This document shows positions 1 to 9,743 of a stretch of 64,000 nt of DNA, one piece after another (within the stretch, counting starts at the first letter, position 1; each line of letters starts with the position of its first letter). The translations under genes and the position numbers were made by a program. The stretch is from an uncultured Clostridia bacterium (lineage in GTDB: Bacteria; Bacillota; Clostridia; Christensenellales; Borkfalkiaceae). The notes under the pieces are model-generated. The model was not told where the DNA came from and ran no database searches. It saw nothing but the letters and a program-made list of their open reading frames with translations. Location of the stretch: positions 10,723 to 74,722 of the forward strand of contig CALWCE010000003.1 in assembly GCA_944376295.1 (NCBI GenBank), given 5' to 3'.

Positions 1-111
1 TTCACAGACAAGTTTTTTGGTCTCTTCCGAAATATCTGCTGCGTTATTTAACGCCTTGGATACAGTTCCTGAGGAAAGATTGAGCTGTTGAGCAATCTCT
101 TTGATGGTCAT
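1..111 (-). CDS. LacI/GalR-family transcriptional regulator, N-terminal HTH only (gene runs off the window start)
   Basis: Reverse-strand translation from the ATG at 111..109 gives MTIKEIAQQLNLSSGTVSKALNNAADISEETKKLVCE, a typical LacI HTH. A GGAG RBS lies ~8 nt upstream. The gene is divergent from the glucan operon. Confidence 0.7.
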   Translation of the reverse strand, partial: MTIKEIAQQLNLSSGTVSKALNNAADISEETKKLVCE

Positions 112-193
112 ACGGGGTGCTCCTTTCGAAAAATAAAAAAATATTTACGAAAACTTTCGTTAGAATATCGAAAATATTTCGGTTTATGCGCCT

Positions 194-222
194 ATCGTAC
201 CACAGAAACATTTCGTTGTCAA
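194..222 (-). promoter_or_regulatory. Candidate promoter of the LacI-type regulator
   Basis: On the minus strand: TTGACA (rc of 217-222), 17-nt spacer, TACGAT (rc of 194-199). The palindrome at 203-216 sits in the spacer. Confidence 0.4.
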
Positions 223-312
223 GCGTATAGTGTTAACTTTTACAAATTAGAGGGAGTAAGCAACAAAACGATGAGAAATTTATGTTTGCGGCAAAAATTT
301 TTCGAAAAATGC

Positions 313-340
313 TTGACATAAGAATTATTTGTGATATAAT
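313..340 (+). promoter_or_regulatory. Sigma-70-type promoter of the glucan operon
   Basis: TTGACA 313-318, 16-nt spacer, TG-extended TATAAT 335-340. It is flanked by palindromes at 297-310 and 368-381. Confidence 0.55.
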
Positions 341-531
341 AAAGCACGAAATAGGTTAAGCAAATATCGAAAATGTTTTCGTATCAAATAAGCGTACTTA
401 TTTTATAGCAAAAAAACCCCGCTCGAAAGAGCGGAGTTTGAAGAAAAAATGTTGTTTACTGTTCAAAAAGAGCGTAAAAGCAAATCTCTAAAAAAAGTAC
501 ACATTTTTAGTAGTGAAAGGGGAAGGATGAA

Positions 532-2358
532 ATGTTGGGTGCGGCATGGAAAATTGATGAGACGGAATTTTCTGTTTTTGCGCCTGATGCGAAACAAGTT
601 TTCGTGAAAGTTTATAAGCAAAATGTTCGGACCCCGCTTCTGAAAGAGGAGATGACTAAGGTGCAGGACGGCGTTTGGTCGGCTGTCATTCGCGGGAATT
701 TGGACGGTAAATTTTACTTATATGAAATAGACGGCTGTGAGACAGTCGATCCCTATGCGCTCGGTACAAATGCGAATGCGGAAAAAGGTGTGATCCTCGA
801 CTTAAGGCGCACCGATCCGCCCGGATGGGGAAATGATTCTTTTACGCCGCGTCCGCCGATCGTTTGGGAAGTCCATGTGCGTGATTTCTCATCTGATCCC
901 TATCTTGCTCAGCCGGACGCAGGGAAGTATCGTGCGTTTCGCAGGGGTGTTCGTACTCCCAATGGGTATAGCGCACTTGTAGATCATATCGCCGAACTGG
1001 GCGTCTCTTATATTCATCTACTTCCCGTTATGGATTTTGCTATCCCCGATGAAAACAACGGCAACGAATATAATTGGGGGTATGACCCCGTTATGTACTT
1101 TTCTCCGGAGGGCAGCTACAGCTCCGATCCAAATGACGCTGTTGTTCGCATACGGGAGCTGAAAGAGCTGATCATGACCTTGCACAGTGCGGGATTGGGC
1201 GTTATCCTCGATGTAGTGTACAATCATACCTATTCCGTAACGGACAACGCTTTGGAAAAATGTGCTCCGGGTTATTATTATAGGCATGACGGAAACGGAA
1301 GACTGTGTGACGGTTCCGGATGCGGAAATGAGACAGCGAGCGAAAAGAAGATGTTCCGCCGTCTGATGATCGATAGTGTGGGCTATTGGGCGAAGGAATA
1401 TCATGTCGATGGGTTTCGTTTTGACCTGATGGGTCTTCATGATGTTGAGACAATGAATGAGATCCGCCAAGCATTGGATGAGGCGTTCCCCGATGGCCAC
1501 GGTAAAAACATTTTGATGTACGGAGAACCATGGTACTATCGTCCTCCGTACGGCATCGAAGGCGCAGACGTCAAGCATGTGAAGGAACTTTCCGAGCGGA
1601 TTGCGATCTTTAACGGATTTGCCCGCGACGGGATACGCGGCAGGCATTACGGCGGATTGAAACGTGGATTTGTTGAAGGTTCTTTTTCGTCGCTGGAAAA
1701 GGCGATGAGCGGTATATTGGGCGGCACAAAGGGGATAGATGCTGATAAGGACAGCATTGAGGTTTTATCTCCTTGTCAACAGATATTGTATTGCGCTTGC
1801 CACGATGACTATACTTTGTTCGATCATATCTCTGCCGTTACAAAGGATGGATTCGACGTGGAGCGTGCGCAGAGGATGGCAGCGTTTATGCTGTTCTCCG
1901 GGCTTGGCATCCCGTTTATACAGGCGGGGGAAGAGTTTCTTCGCACAAAACATATGGACGGGAACAGTTATCGTTCCCCCGATAGTATCAATATGCTTGA
2001 TTGGAAAAGGCGCGAAGAGTTTGCCGGCACAGTCGAGTATTATCGCGGCTTGATTGCGATACGAAGGAACAATCATGTTTTTGACGACCTTTCGGTTGTC
2101 CCTGAAAAAGTGTGTAGAAGGTTTTCATCGCGGCGCGGAACAGCTGTGTACTCGGTCGGAAACAATATATATTGCATAAATAACACGCATCGTCCGCTTG
2201 CATTATATTTGAGTGAAGCGGTGCAAGTTCTTGCCGATATCCATAGGGCAGATCCTGCCGGGCTGTATATGGCAGAGGGAAAAATCATGGTAGAAGCTCA
2301 TGGCGTACTATTACTTCATTCCCCCAAATCATGGTGCGTCATGAGTCTTCATAAATAG
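532..2358 (+). CDS. pulA: Type I pullulanase / debranching enzyme (GH13), no signal peptide
   Basis: 608-aa ORF with an RBS (GGGGAAGGA) upstream. Motifs: YNWGYDP (pullulanase signature), DVVYNHT, GFRFDLMG, YGEPW, CHDDYTLFD. Confidence 0.85.
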   Translation: MLGAAWKIDETEFSVFAPDAKQVFVKVYKQNVRTPLLKEEMTKVQDGVWSAVIRGNLDGKFYLYEIDGCETVDPYALGTNANAEKGVILDLRRTDPPGWGNDSFTPRPPIVWEVHVRDFSSDPYLAQPDAGKYRAFRRGVRTPNGYSALVDHIAELGVSYIHLLPVMDFAIPDENNGNEYNWGYDPVMYFSPEGSYSSDPNDAVVRIRELKELIMTLHSAGLGVILDVVYNHTYSVTDNALEKCAPGYYYRHDGNGRLCDGSGCGNETASEKKMFRRLMIDSVGYWAKEYHVDGFRFDLMGLHDVETMNEIRQALDEAFPDGHGKNILMYGEPWYYRPPYGIEGADVKHVKELSERIAIFNGFARDGIRGRHYGGLKRGFVEGSFSSLEKAMSGILGGTKGIDADKDSIEVLSPCQQILYCACHDDYTLFDHISAVTKDGFDVERAQRMAAFMLFSGLGIPFIQAGEEFLRTKHMDGNSYRSPDSINMLDWKRREEFAGTVEYYRGLIAIRRNNHVFDDLSVVPEKVCRRFSSRRGTAVYSVGNNIYCINNTHRPLALYLSEAVQVLADIHRADPAGLYMAEGKIMVEAHGVLLLHSPKSWCVMSLHK

Positions 2359-2445
2359 GTAAGGAGGTTCCAATCTATGTGATAGATGTTTCCCCATCAA
2401 ACAGAAAAAGTGGTAAAAAAATATTTTCAAGGAGGAAAAAATACC

Positions 2446-3717
2446 ATGAAAAAGAAACTTATTGCACTTGCGCTCTCGGCAACGATGGCGCTCTCCGCAG
2501 GGTTTATCCTTGCAGGCTGTAATCCCGATGAGCCCGGTCCCGGCCCTGGTCCTGGTCCTGGTCCTGACGGTGAAAAAGAGAAAGTTTCCCTTGTCCTTTG
2601 GGGCCCGTCGCAACAGCAGGAGATGGCTGAAGAGATGATTGAGGCATTCAAGCAGGAGTATACCGACAAAGAGTATACGATCACCTATAACGTTGTTTCC
2701 GAAGCGGATGCGGCGTCGCAGATCACGACCGATGTCAGTGCCGGTGCGGATGTTTATGCATTTGCCAATGACCAGCTGCTTGTCTTGCAGCGAGCAGGTG
2801 CTCTCGCTCAGATTGGCGGTACCTATCTTTCTGATATTCAGGCGAACAACTCGGCAAGTTCGGTAGAAGCGGCTACGTTTGACGGCAAGGTGTATGCTTA
2901 TCCTTATTCGGATGATAACGGATACTTCCTTTACTATGACAAGTCGAAAGTAACGCACGCTGATACGCTTGAAGGCATCCTTGCCGATTGTGCGGCAGCA
3001 AGCAGCACTTTCATCTTCGACCTTGATAATTCGTGGTATGATGCCGCCTTCTTCTTCGGTGCAGGCGCCAGCTACGATGTTACATACAATTCCGATGGTT
3101 CGGTCGCTTCCGTTGCTTGTGACTTCGATGACGCAACAAAGGGGACTATTGCGGGTAAGGCAATGATCAATCTTGCAAATTCCAGCGCATTTTTGAACGG
3201 TGACGACAACAGCATCAGTGCTGCTTTGACGGACGGTTCATTCGGTGCGGCTGTTTCCGGTACATGGAATGCGGAATTGGTATCCAATGCATTGGGCGAC
3301 AATTATGCCGCTTGCAAGCTTCCTACGTTTGAGGTAGACGGGAAGACCTATCAAATGGGCTCCTTTGCAGGGTGCAAGCTGTACGGCGTCAATCCTACTT
3401 CCGATCATCTTGCAGACGCACATCGCCTTGCTGCATTCCTTTCTGGTGAAGCAATGCAGCAGAAGAGATTCGACGACATGCAGATCGGTCCTTCCAACAC
3501 CAAGGTCGCATCTTCCGATGCGGTAAAAGCAAATATCGCACTTGCGGCTCTTGCCGAACAGGCGGAATTTGCGACGGCACAGGTTGCGGTCCCTGGCGGC
3601 TTCTGGTCTGCCGTGGAAGCGTTTGGGCAGGAAGTAGTGGCAAAGACTGTCACGACAGCAAATCTTGCAGAAAAACTGAAGACTATGGCTGACTTGATCA
3701 GAGCGTCTGAAAACTAA
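2446..3717 (+). CDS. Maltodextrin/oligosaccharide ABC transporter substrate-binding lipoprotein (MalE-like)
   Basis: AAGGAGG RBS before the ATG at 2446. Signal peptide with lipobox LAGC, a (PG)5 linker, and a family-1 solute-binding-protein-like body. Position lies in the operon before two permeases. Confidence 0.85.
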   Translation: MKKKLIALALSATMALSAGFILAGCNPDEPGPGPGPGPGPDGEKEKVSLVLWGPSQQQEMAEEMIEAFKQEYTDKEYTITYNVVSEADAASQITTDVSAGADVYAFANDQLLVLQRAGALAQIGGTYLSDIQANNSASSVEAATFDGKVYAYPYSDDNGYFLYYDKSKVTHADTLEGILADCAAASSTFIFDLDNSWYDAAFFFGAGASYDVTYNSDGSVASVACDFDDATKGTIAGKAMINLANSSAFLNGDDNSISAALTDGSFGAAVSGTWNAELVSNALGDNYAACKLPTFEVDGKTYQMGSFAGCKLYGVNPTSDHLADAHRLAAFLSGEAMQQKRFDDMQIGPSNTKVASSDAVKANIALAALAEQAEFATAQVAVPGGFWSAVEAFGQEVVAKTVTTANLAEKLKTMADLIRASEN

Positions 3718-3788
3718 TTTTTGATCGTGCGGCAAAGGGCATCCACGCAGCGCCGTGAATGCCCTTTGTTGACGATAAGGGAGAAAAC

Positions 3789-5294
3789 ATGCTGAATTTA
3801 GAATATCTGAAAATGAACCCTTGGCAAAAATTCATCTATCGGGCAGAGCATTTTTTCCGCAGGATCCCTGCAGGGCTAAAACGTTTTTTTCAAAAGCTCT
3901 GGGAGGTGCTCTGCGGCTTCGGCATGCAGTTTGTATCCGTGTTTCAAGAAGTATATCGTGCCGCAAAGGATGGAGACTGGAAGACAAGGCTGTCTTTCGT
4001 GATTATGGGGTTCGGTCACTTTGCTCGCCGTCAGTATCTGCGCGGTGCAATGTATCTCGGGTTTGAGATCATTTTTATATTATATCTTACTTTATTTGGC
4101 TGGAAGTATCTTGTAAAGATGGGCAGCCTTGGCGATGTGGCAATGGCCGAGGTCTTTAACGAAGAGACAGGCATTTTTGAGTACGTATATTATGATAACA
4201 GTATGCTGATCTTGCTCTATTCTGTTCTCACGATTTTCTTTATCGGTGCTTTCGTATATATGTGGTATCAGAATCTCCGTACCAATAACGTATTGCAGGA
4301 GATGGCTGAGATCGGTAAGAAATTGCCGAGTACCAAAGATGCATTGAATTCTATGGTCAATGAGCAGTACTATAAAACATTGCTCGGGATTCCGATGCTC
4401 GGCATTCTTGTCTTCAATATTATTCCTATTGTCTTCATGGTGCTGATCGCTTTTACCAATTACGATCAGGTGCATATGCCTCCGTCCCGTCTGTTCGATT
4501 GGGTTGGGATGCAGAACTTTGGAACGATCTTAGGTGGAACCGGTGTAACGGGACCCGCATTTGCATATACATTTCGCGAAGTCTTGATCTGGACTTTGCT
4601 TTGGGCATTTTTTGCTACATTTACAAACTATATCCTCGGGATGCTCGTTGCGCTTCTAATCAATAAAAAGGGAATACGATTTAAGAAGTTATGGAGGACT
4701 ATCCTTATCTTTTCCGTTGCCGTTCCTCAGTTCGTATCTCTGCTCCTGATGAGCCAAATGCTTGGTTCCGAAGGAATCATCAACAATCTGCTGAAAAGCT
4801 GGGGTTGGATCGAACAGTCTCTGCCGTTCCTGACAGACGGAATTTGGGCGAAGGTCACCGTGATCATCGTGAATATTTGGATCGGTATCCCGTTTACCGT
4901 CCTTATCACGACGGGTATCCTCATGAATATTCCCGCAGATCTCTATGAATCAGCCAAGATCGACGGGGCAAGCCCTTTCAGAACTTACATGAAGATAACG
5001 CTGCCGTATATGTGGTTTGTTACGACGCCTTATCTCATCAATACATTTGTCGGAAACATCAATAACTTTAATGTCATCTTCCTGCTGACGGGCGGCAATC
5101 CTCTTTCGTTGGATTATCAGAATGCGGGACAGACAGATTTGCTGATTACATGGTTGTATAAGTTGACGTATAATGAACAGAATTATAGTTTTGCCGCTGT
5201 CATCGGCATTGTCACTTTCATCATTATAGCCGTCATTTCTCTGATTTTTTACAACAAGTCAAAGGCCGTGAAGAATGAAGAGGAGTTTATGTGA
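3789..5294 (+). CDS. Sugar ABC transporter permease (MalF-like)
   Basis: Multi-TM protein with the EAA loop YESAKIDGASPFRTYMKITLP. A GGGAG RBS precedes the ATG at 3789; the ORF track starts at 3759. Confidence 0.85.
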   Translation: MLNLEYLKMNPWQKFIYRAEHFFRRIPAGLKRFFQKLWEVLCGFGMQFVSVFQEVYRAAKDGDWKTRLSFVIMGFGHFARRQYLRGAMYLGFEIIFILYLTLFGWKYLVKMGSLGDVAMAEVFNEETGIFEYVYYDNSMLILLYSVLTIFFIGAFVYMWYQNLRTNNVLQEMAEIGKKLPSTKDALNSMVNEQYYKTLLGIPMLGILVFNIIPIVFMVLIAFTNYDQVHMPPSRLFDWVGMQNFGTILGGTGVTGPAFAYTFREVLIWTLLWAFFATFTNYILGMLVALLINKKGIRFKKLWRTILIFSVAVPQFVSLLLMSQMLGSEGIINNLLKSWGWIEQSLPFLTDGIWAKVTVIIVNIWIGIPFTVLITTGILMNIPADLYESAKIDGASPFRTYMKITLPYMWFVTTPYLINTFVGNINNFNVIFLLTGGNPLSLDYQNAGQTDLLITWLYKLTYNEQNYSFAAVIGIVTFIIIAVISLIFYNKSKAVKNEEEFM

Positions 5295-6181
5295 TGATGG
5301 AAGCGATCAAAACCGGTAAACAAAAAAAATACAGAAGTAAAAAGCGCGTCGAACGTGTTTCCAATGCCGTAGGATATACGATCCTCGTTATCATAAGCAT
5401 TATCTGGGTGATTCCGTATATTTACCTGATTTTACAATCGTTCCGCGGCGAACCGGGGGCATACACAAGCTATCTGATCCCGAAAGAGTTCACGTTTGAT
5501 AACTATATCGAATTATTTACGGATACGTCTCTTTTCAATTTCCCCCGCTGGTATCTGAATACATTCATTACGGCCGTAGTGGTGTGTATCATTCAGACGA
5601 TCGTCGTTCTTGCGACAAGTTATGCACTTTCCCGTCTCCGTTTCCGCGGCAGAAAGGGATTGATGAATCTTTTGTTAGTGCTCGGTATGTTCCCGGGATT
5701 TATGTCGATGACGGCGGTATATTTTGTTCTGAAGGAGATCGGTCTGACGCAGAGCTTGGTAGGGCTTATTTTGGTGTATGTCGCAAGCAGCGCCATGCAG
5801 TATTATATTTGCAAGGGTTTTTTCGATACGATCCCGAAATCTATTGATGAAGCTGCAAAGATAGACGGGGCAAGCCGTCATACGATCTTCTTTAAGGTCA
5901 TTCTTCCTCTTTCCAAGCCGATCATCGTCTATACGATTTTGCAGGCATTCCTTATGCCATGGGGAGAGTATATGTTTTCGTCATTATTGATGCTTGGCGA
6001 TCAGGAAATGTTTAATGTGGCCAACGGGCTTCGTCAGATGCTTCAAAGAGAAAATATTGCAGAATACTTTACACGTTTCTGTGCGGGTGCAGTATTGGTA
6101 TCTATTCCGATTGCGGCATTGTTTATTTGGCTGCAGAAGTATTATGTTGAAGGAGTCACGGGAGGCGCCGTGAAGGGATGA
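5294..6181 (+). CDS. Sugar ABC transporter permease (MalG-like)
   Basis: 6-TM protein with the EAA loop DEAAKIDGASRHTIFFKVILP. The start overlaps the upstream stop (ATGTGATGATG); GTG 5291 or ATG 5294/5297 are all possible. Confidence 0.85.
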   Translation: MMEAIKTGKQKKYRSKKRVERVSNAVGYTILVIISIIWVIPYIYLILQSFRGEPGAYTSYLIPKEFTFDNYIELFTDTSLFNFPRWYLNTFITAVVVCIIQTIVVLATSYALSRLRFRGRKGLMNLLLVLGMFPGFMSMTAVYFVLKEIGLTQSLVGLILVYVASSAMQYYICKGFFDTIPKSIDEAAKIDGASRHTIFFKVILPLSKPIIVYTILQAFLMPWGEYMFSSLLMLGDQEMFNVANGLRQMLQRENIAEYFTRFCAGAVLVSIPIAALFIWLQKYYVEGVTGGAVKG

Positions 6182-6190
6182 TTGATCGCC

Positions 6191-7702
6191 ATGAAGAAAA
6201 AATCTTTGTTTTTGTCAATCGTCATTGTGTTTTGTTTTGCACTGTCTATGTTTGCGGGGTGCGGCGGCGAACACGAGTTGAAAGAAAATATCGTTGACGA
6301 TAAATATGACAACTATTACGAAATATTTGTGTATTCGTTCTATGATTCGGATGGGAACGGTGTAGGTGATTTTAACGGAGTAACCGAAAAACTCTCCTAT
6401 GTGCGAGAGATGGGATATACGGCAATTTGGCTGATGCCGATTTGCGCTTCGCCCTCTTACCATAAATATGACGTTACAGATTACTACGCAGTCGACCCTT
6501 TGTATGGCACTATGGATGATTTTGAAAATCTTGTCGGCTCCGCTCACGAGCTAGGGATCAAAGTCATACTCGATCTTGTGGTGAACCATACTTCCGACCA
6601 GCATCCTTGGTTCAAGCAAGCCGTTGTTGCGGCGCAGCTCGGAAAAACAGATGATCCTTATTTTGGATATTACAATTTCAGTGAGCAGCCGCTCAACGGG
6701 TATGCGCAAAAAGGGAATGTCTATTACGAGGCTCGCTTTTATAGCGGTATGCCTGATTTGAACTTGGATAATGACAGTGTTCGCAAAGAGATCTCATCCA
6801 TCATGCAGTTCTGGTTGGAAAAGGGAGTGGATGGTTTTCGTCTCGATGCATGCACAAGTTATTATACGGGAAACAATCAGAAGAGCGCTGCTTTTGCAGG
6901 ATGGATCCAATCGGAAGCGGAAAAATATGATCCCGACTGTTATATTGTGGGAGAGGTTTGGTCGAATCGAGCCGTCATTGAAGAATTTTATCAAGGCGGT
7001 GCGGACAGCTTCTTTTATTTCCCGATGTCGCAAGCTTCAGGATATATCAATCAAACACTTCTTTCCGTTACGCCCGCAGACTATTACTATTCCGCATTAG
7101 AAGAGCTGAATGAGGTGGCTGGGGATGCGATCGCCGCACCGTTTTTGGGCAATCACGATACGGGAAGGATCGCCGGCGTTTTGGGCAGAAAGGAAGATCG
7201 TATTAAATTTGGTTACGGGCTTGCCGGGATGCTGAACGGAAATCTGTTCACGTATTATGGCGATGAGATCGGTATGGTCGGGGCAGCTACAGATCCGGAC
7301 AAGCGTATCGGGATGCTTTGGGATACCGAGCAGGAATTCAAGATCTATCCTCCCGGTACAACGACGCGGGAATATGAGTTCGACGGCGTATTGCAGCAGC
7401 AAGCCGATGAAAGCTCGATCTTGAATTACTATAAGCAATGTAACCTGATAAGGAATGCGTTTCCGTCTATTATGCGGGGCGTTCCGTCGCGGATCGAATA
7501 TGATGAACCTGATGTTCTGCTGTTGAGCAAGAAGTGGAATGATGAAACGGTCTATATCGTTATCAATTTTGCGCAGGAAGAGCAGATCGTTGAATATGAA
7601 TGGCCTTGCGGACTTGCTGCATCTTTGACCATAGACGGAGAAGTGCAAGAAAGCAGCGGCGCATTGCGAATGCCGGGATATTCCATCGCGGTCATGGCAT
7701 AA
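6191..7702 (+). CDS. Lipoprotein GH13 alpha-amylase / alpha-glucosidase family enzyme
   Basis: Signal peptide MKKKSLFLSIVIVFCFALSMFAGC (lipobox). GH13 motifs DLVVNHTS, GFRLDA, GEVW, LGNHD. Confidence 0.8.
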   Translation: MKKKSLFLSIVIVFCFALSMFAGCGGEHELKENIVDDKYDNYYEIFVYSFYDSDGNGVGDFNGVTEKLSYVREMGYTAIWLMPICASPSYHKYDVTDYYAVDPLYGTMDDFENLVGSAHELGIKVILDLVVNHTSDQHPWFKQAVVAAQLGKTDDPYFGYYNFSEQPLNGYAQKGNVYYEARFYSGMPDLNLDNDSVRKEISSIMQFWLEKGVDGFRLDACTSYYTGNNQKSAAFAGWIQSEAEKYDPDCYIVGEVWSNRAVIEEFYQGGADSFFYFPMSQASGYINQTLLSVTPADYYYSALEELNEVAGDAIAAPFLGNHDTGRIAGVLGRKEDRIKFGYGLAGMLNGNLFTYYGDEIGMVGAATDPDKRIGMLWDTEQEFKIYPPGTTTREYEFDGVLQQQADESSILNYYKQCNLIRNAFPSIMRGVPSRIEYDEPDVLLLSKKWNDETVYIVINFAQEEQIVEYEWPCGLAASLTIDGEVQESSGALRMPGYSIAVMA

Positions 7703-7724
7703 ACAGGAAAAAAAGAGGTGTATT

Positions 7725-9623
7725 ATGGCAAGTCTGAGTCTGAAACATATTTACAAAGTCTATCCTAACGGGACGAAAGCGGTCAACGATTTTAATATGG
7801 AGATCGCGGATAAGGAGTTTATTGTATTTGTCGGTCCGTCGGGCTGCGGTAAATCGACAATGCTGCGTATGATCGCGGGATTGGAAGATATCTCGGCTGG
7901 TGAACTCAGCATCGGCGATGTGGTCGTGAACGATGTCGAGCCGAAGGACAGGGATATTGCGATGGTCTTTCAAAACTATGCGCTCTATCCGCATATGACC
8001 GTATATGAAAACATAGCATTCGGTCTTCGTGTGCGCAAGATGTCGAATGAAGAGATCCATGAGCGGGTCGTGCAGGCATCCGAAATTTTGGGCATCAAAG
8101 AATATCTCGACAAGAAGCCGAAGGAAATGAGCGGCGGTCAGCGTCAGCGCGTGTCGCTGGGCAGAGCCATCGTTCGCGATCCGAAGGTGATGCTGCTCGA
8201 TGAACCGCTTTCCAATCTTGATGCAAAACTCCGCACACAGATGCGCGCGGAGATCCTGAAATTGCACGCAAAGTTAAATACAACATTTATTTATGTTACA
8301 CACGATCAGGTCGAGGCAATGACCATGGGTACCCGCATCGTGGTCATGAAGAGTGGATTCGTGCAGCAGATCGATACGCCTAAAAATCTTTACCGATATC
8401 CGAAAAACAAGTTTGTTGCAGGGTTCATCGGTACGCCGCAGATGAACTTTTTTGAAGGAACATTAAAAAAGAGCGGCGAGAAAGTGGAGGTCGCTTTCAA
8501 ATATACGGATGCGCGCATGACGCTGCCCTATGAGTACCTGAGAAAGGCAAGACCGAAATATTTCGACGGAAACAGCGAAGTGTATATCGGTATCCGCGCC
8601 GAAGATATTTCGCTTGCTCCCAATGTTGTCGCCGCAAGCCCATATAAGGTCAAGATGATCGTTTCTCATGTGGAAGACCTTGGCGACGAGTCTCTCGTTT
8701 ACGGCGATATCAACATGAATGGAGACGGATATAGTGAGAGTTCAACGCGCATTATCGTAAAAACAACGCTGTCGCATACTTACCGCCCGGGGGATGTCTG
8801 CGAAGTTGCTTTTAATGTAAAGAAAATGCACTACTTTGACAAAGAGACGGAAGAGACGATCGTACCGCGTATTCCCGATATCAACGAAGTAGAGTGTGAA
8901 GTGCAAGACGGTACGTTGGAATTCTGTGAAACTTCGATCAAACTTCCTCCTGCGCTCTCTATAGGGAATGGCAGCGGAACAGTGCTTATCCCCTCAGATT
9001 GCATCATGTTTCACGGCACTATCCCTGCCCAGATCGTTGACTGTGAGCAGGTCGGAGATCGGTATCTTGTAAGTGTTGAATTGAAGGGCAGGCGCTTGTA
9101 TGCTGTATCGTCGGAAGAAAAAGTGCCCGAACCCTGTTTGATCGGATTCGATTTGAAAAAGATCACCCTGAGCGTAGGCAACGAGATTGTTCAGCCGCTC
9201 GAAGAGATGGTCCGTCTTGATGGCAGATTTGAAAAGAAAAAGGAAACAACCGAATGTGATGTAAACGGTAAACTCAAAAAGAAAAAGTCGATCAACTTCT
9301 ATTTAAATGTATGCGAAACGCTTTTCCCTGCACCCGAACACATTTCACAAAAATTATTCTCGGCATTATCTCCTCGAGAAGTCTTTTCCTCCCTGTTCAC
9401 TTTTGAATTTTCCCCTTATGACATAGAGTTTACACAAGAGGGGATCGAAGGCGATGTGGTTTCGTTCTGCGAGTATGGCACCGAAAGGTTCGCGCGGGTC
9501 CGCATCGGAGAGAATATTGTGAATGTGTTTACCGATAAACCTGTTTCCGGCAAAGTGTATCTTTCCCCCCGCTTTGATCGAGCAGGCGTTGTAGAGGCGG
9601 CGCGCGGCATAAAGCTCGTTTAA
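7725..9623 (+). CDS. Sugar ABC transporter ATP-binding protein (MsmK/MalK-like) with a ~260-aa C-terminal extension
   Basis: Walker A GPSGCGKST, signature LSGGQRQR, Walker B MLLDEPLSNLD. A normal MalK-type regulatory domain ends near ...KKMHYFDKETEETI (~aa 373), followed by extra OB/TOBE-like sequence. Confidence 0.85.
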   Translation: MASLSLKHIYKVYPNGTKAVNDFNMEIADKEFIVFVGPSGCGKSTMLRMIAGLEDISAGELSIGDVVVNDVEPKDRDIAMVFQNYALYPHMTVYENIAFGLRVRKMSNEEIHERVVQASEILGIKEYLDKKPKEMSGGQRQRVSLGRAIVRDPKVMLLDEPLSNLDAKLRTQMRAEILKLHAKLNTTFIYVTHDQVEAMTMGTRIVVMKSGFVQQIDTPKNLYRYPKNKFVAGFIGTPQMNFFEGTLKKSGEKVEVAFKYTDARMTLPYEYLRKARPKYFDGNSEVYIGIRAEDISLAPNVVAASPYKVKMIVSHVEDLGDESLVYGDINMNGDGYSESSTRIIVKTTLSHTYRPGDVCEVAFNVKKMHYFDKETEETIVPRIPDINEVECEVQDGTLEFCETSIKLPPALSIGNGSGTVLIPSDCIMFHGTIPAQIVDCEQVGDRYLVSVELKGRRLYAVSSEEKVPEPCLIGFDLKKITLSVGNEIVQPLEEMVRLDGRFEKKKETTECDVNGKLKKKKSINFYLNVCETLFPAPEHISQKLFSALSPREVFSSLFTFEFSPYDIEFTQEGIEGDVVSFCEYGTERFARVRIGENIVNVFTDKPVSGKVYLSPRFDRAGVVEAARGIKLV

Positions 9624-9743
9624 GAGCTTCGCCGTGCGGCCGTGATTCGGGAAAAACCGATTGCGGAGAGGCGATCTGTTTCGCGCCGCAATCGGTTTGG
9701 GTGTTTATATGATATAACAATACAGGGTGTTTAGAGGAGTCAG

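Larger units (their letters stand above)
124..381. promoter_or_regulatory. Cluster of CGAAA-N(0-3)-TTTCG inverted repeats (candidate operators of the LacI-type regulator)
   Basis: TTTCGAAA 124-131; ACGAAAacTTTCGT 147-160; CGAAAataTTTCG 169-181; CAGAAAcaTTTCGT 203-216; ATTTTTCGAAAAAT 297-310; CGAAAAtgTTTTCG 368-381. All lie in the divergent intergenic region. Confidence 0.5.

Noticed and set aside
88-321. 77-aa plus-strand ORF in the track
   Set aside because: It lies wholly within the divergent promoter/operator region, overlaps the LacI-type gene start on the other strand, starts with TTG without an RBS, and has a low-complexity K/R/F-rich composition. It is very likely non-coding.
411-434. 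Hairpin CCCCGCTC-gaaa-GAGCGG(a)G preceded by AAAAAA (would be a terminator if read on the minus strand)
   Set aside because: No minus-strand gene lies upstream of it, and on the plus strand it lacks a U-tract. It may be a leader structure of the pullulanase mRNA, but I cannot support a specific function.
2533-2565. Tandem ccN-ggN repeat (11 codons)
   Set aside because: It encodes the in-frame (PG)5 linker after the lipobox of the binding protein. It is an ordinary flexible tether, not a VNTR or CRISPR-like feature.
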